A DNA stretch of 64,000 nucleotides from assembly GCA_003427395.1 (NCBI GenBank), contig BFEA01000013.1:5292052-5356051 (forward strand). The letters run 5' to 3'. Both the position numbers and the translations under genes were made by a program. The first letter of the stretch is position 1, and each line of letters begins with the position of its first letter. This document shows positions 61,207 through 64,000 of the stretch, piece by piece. The stretch is from Chara braunii (lineage: Eukaryota; Plantae; Charophyceae). The notes under the pieces were generated by a model, which was given only the letters and a program-made list of their open reading frames with translations, was not told the DNA's origin and made no database searches.

Positions 61207-64000
61207 TGTGGGGGGCCTCCAGCCTTACGCCTCCCTTTACTTCCTTGAAGGTAACTCTTGAGAAGAGCTGGATCCAGTCGCTTTACTTGGTGGGATTGCA
61301 GACGACATCAGAAAGATATCGTATCAGATTCACGCGACAAGTGCCGAGGTTGAGATGTCGAGAAGAAGTGGGCCATGATTCTGAGTGAGCGCCCGTTCAT
61401 GCGCACCATTGAGCTATGTCGATGACAAGACACAAAAGAAATGACTACTACAAAGGAAGTGTCAGAGACTCCAGATGAAGGGCACGAACGAGAGGGCCGG
61501 ACTCTTGCCAAGAGTCGGACAGTGGATGAAACAATGTAGAGCGCCGGATCTTAGGACGAGCCTTTGGGTGGGCTAAGCGACAATAAAAACCAAAATTCAG
61601 GATGGGGTCGAAAACGGTGAATAGCACTACATGGCTGCACTCAGGGCCATCGTATTTGGGCGGTATGTGAGGCCTAAAGAGGGCAGCGGGCCTGAGGCTG
61701 GGAAGAGAGCCCTCATGCCATGGGATTATTAATTTTGGGGTTTCGGGCCCTGCAAAATTCTATAAGGCCGGGTGCTTTGCGTGTGAGGACCACGAGAGGA
61801 CGGGTTTGGACCTAAGTTCGGAAGGAGGCCCGATACCGAGGCGCTGCAAAAGGCCCTGTACCCGATAAAAAGGCCACCTTCGTTGGAAACTCTTCGAGGT
61901 CCCAAACAGGCCTGAGTACAGGCTCGGGGGAGCCGTGGTACCAAGGCGCTTTAACTTGTTGGCATCCCCGGAGCACACGAAAGGGTTGGGGCACTTCGAG
62001 AAGAGGGCCCGCAAAGTATATAAGCCCAACCGGGCTCAAAGGTGGGGACTTTTTTTTGACATGTGTACTACTGCCGCACGAGGAGAGGAGCTCCGACTTG
62101 CGTACGTGCAGGCGCACATGAGGAGCTCGGAAGGAGACTTCGGACAAGCGTAGGGGTGTGCGAAGTAGCGCGCAGTCTATATGCCAACCGCACTAGCGCA
62201 CAACAGCGCGCGGAAGCACGACGCATCGACCGACCGAGTGAGCGCACTAGAGTGCACCAGTGCGCGCAAGCCTGCTAGCTGCCGATCGATCAAGGGCACA
62301 CACAAGCCCGCAAAGCCGCACACCGTAAATCAGTCACGCGTGCTAGCGCGCTACGGCGCGCGAAGTCAAGCTCAGTCGAACGTCTGCGGGCACCTGCGTG
62401 TACTAGCGCACAAGCCGCTCGCGGTCAGGACATCGGCATGTACAACCGCGGAGCTCCCAAGCGGCATTTGGCGAACCACAACCTCGGGGTTTCTGTAGAG
62501 GGCGGGGTTGAGGTGCAGACCGGAGCTCCAGCCAGGAACGCAGTTGGGGCACGTACCCAGACCTTGCCGACTAGGACTATGGGACTTGGTGCGGATAGGC
62601 CTTGACCTGGTCCAGACTGGGGCTTGGCTGGGCCACGAGGTCTCGGTAAGGAGTGACTCAGACCGGAACGTGGGTCAAGGTCGCGATCTGAACATGAACC
62701 CGGATTTTGATTGGGATTTTGGTCCGCGACTGCGGGGCCTCCGAGGGGATTGGATTGAGAGAGAGGGACTTCAACTGGGACTAAGGACTTTGATCCGGGC
62801 AATGTACCGGGATTCGAACGAGATGCAGTCCGAGCGTTGTTGACACGAACGGCGTCGAGGACTGTGGGTCCGAGCCGAAACTTTATTGATCAAGGACTAC
62901 AGAACCCAACGCGGACCATAGTTTTTACTGACTGGGACTGTGGCCCTTATTGGCCAGGGACTACGGAGCTTAAACCAGATTTGAAGGGGACGTAGCGACT
63001 AATAGACCTAAATATCGTGGAAGCGGAAGTACAAGCCGGACCTTTGAGCCAAGCCAGGACACTTTGAGTGAGGTTGGGGTCTTTGAGGCAGGCCGAGATA
63101 CTTCGATCGAGTCGGACTTGGGATACGGAACGGGACTGTGTCACAGGGCACGAACGAGGCGTGCACCTGCGGCGCAAACCTAGGCATAAGAAATACGGGA
63201 ACTCGGGCATGGATCGGGCCAGTGTCTCGGAACCGGGCACAAGCGGCTCGAGAGATCGGGACTGGGGCTGGGATCGCAAAGCTTCAGCAAAGGAAAAGGG
63301 TGCAGATCAGGGACTTGGGCGCAGACCTAGGCGCAAGTGGCTAGACACCTTGAGGCACGCCGGGGCTCACCAAACGGACAGGGAGACCCAACTAGAAGCG
63401 GTCCGTGAGATTGGGTTGGGGTTACAAGAACCCAAGCTGAGATTTCGTGTTCAGGTTGGAAACTGTGAATGAGGCAGGGACCCTTGAAGAAGTCTGGATT
63501 GCTGGACTAGGTCGAGCATCAGACAACAGTTCGCAGAAAGGGATGGTGAAAGTGGAACTCGAACTTTGGCCTTAATGAGCCCACGACGCTGTGGTTGACA
63601 CAGAGAGTTCGAGTACAGTCCTCTGGGATCGGCGAGCACGTTAAAGACGTCACCCCATTGGGCGGAGAATCCGTCCTAGACTGTTAGTAAGATCTGCTGG
63701 GACTTAAACTAAGTTTCCTATTTTGGACGAGGGATCCATTCTTGGAACTGGGACTAGCGCAGAGGACCCTATTATTCTAGACTAAATGGAAATCCATATT
63801 TTGTTTCTATCGAATGCTGGTTTGTGAGTCTCTCATTGTCAAGTCTCCAAAGGTTTTCGTGGGCAATGTGTGGATCTGGATCAACCCAGTTTACTTGCAG
63901 GTTACAGTAGCCCCAACCGACCCTCCCGTGGGTGATAGACACGGCGTGAGGTACAGGGTCCGATCGACAGGCCGACTGATCTCCTCCTTCGATCGACAGT
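61207..64000. mobile_element. TG-starting non-coding insertion (probably a long LTR of another family), runs out of the window
   Basis: pol of D stops abruptly at ...caccgt|tgtgggggg. No pol continuation or recognisable ORF follows for 2.8 kb; many gggact motifs. Confidence 0.55.

Overview
Repeat-dominated eukaryotic DNA. The degenerate chromodomain Ty3/Gypsy elements, huge introns and (GA)n tracts suggest a charophyte alga such as Chara braunii; this is an inference. One host gene is recognisable: the 5' part of TFIID subunit 2 (TAF2, + strand), with coding exon 1 at 14560-14660 and exon 2 at 24513-~25920, separated by a ~9.85 kb intron. No further exon was found in the remaining ~38 kb. That region is a nest of dead Gypsy elements. 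Element A (28271-~45456, +) is interrupted in gag by element B (30126-37964, -) and by a 1.2 kb solo LTR (38620-39841). Element D (~48020-61206, +) is interrupted in gag by an 8-kb insert and at the end of pol by another TG-starting insert. The most unusual feature is a family of giant (8-9 kb) non-coding elements seen four times: two complete copies (3412-12639 + and 49643-57627 -) and two ends at 1-680. They have TGT(C/T)G...C(G/A)ACA termini, 4-bp target-site duplications (TSDs) that read nCG(C/T) in element orientation, a covarying subterminal hairpin, conserved islands with stem-preserving changes, and copy-specific tandem arrays. They are best read as giant solo LTRs or as a non-autonomous, integrase-mobilised element type.
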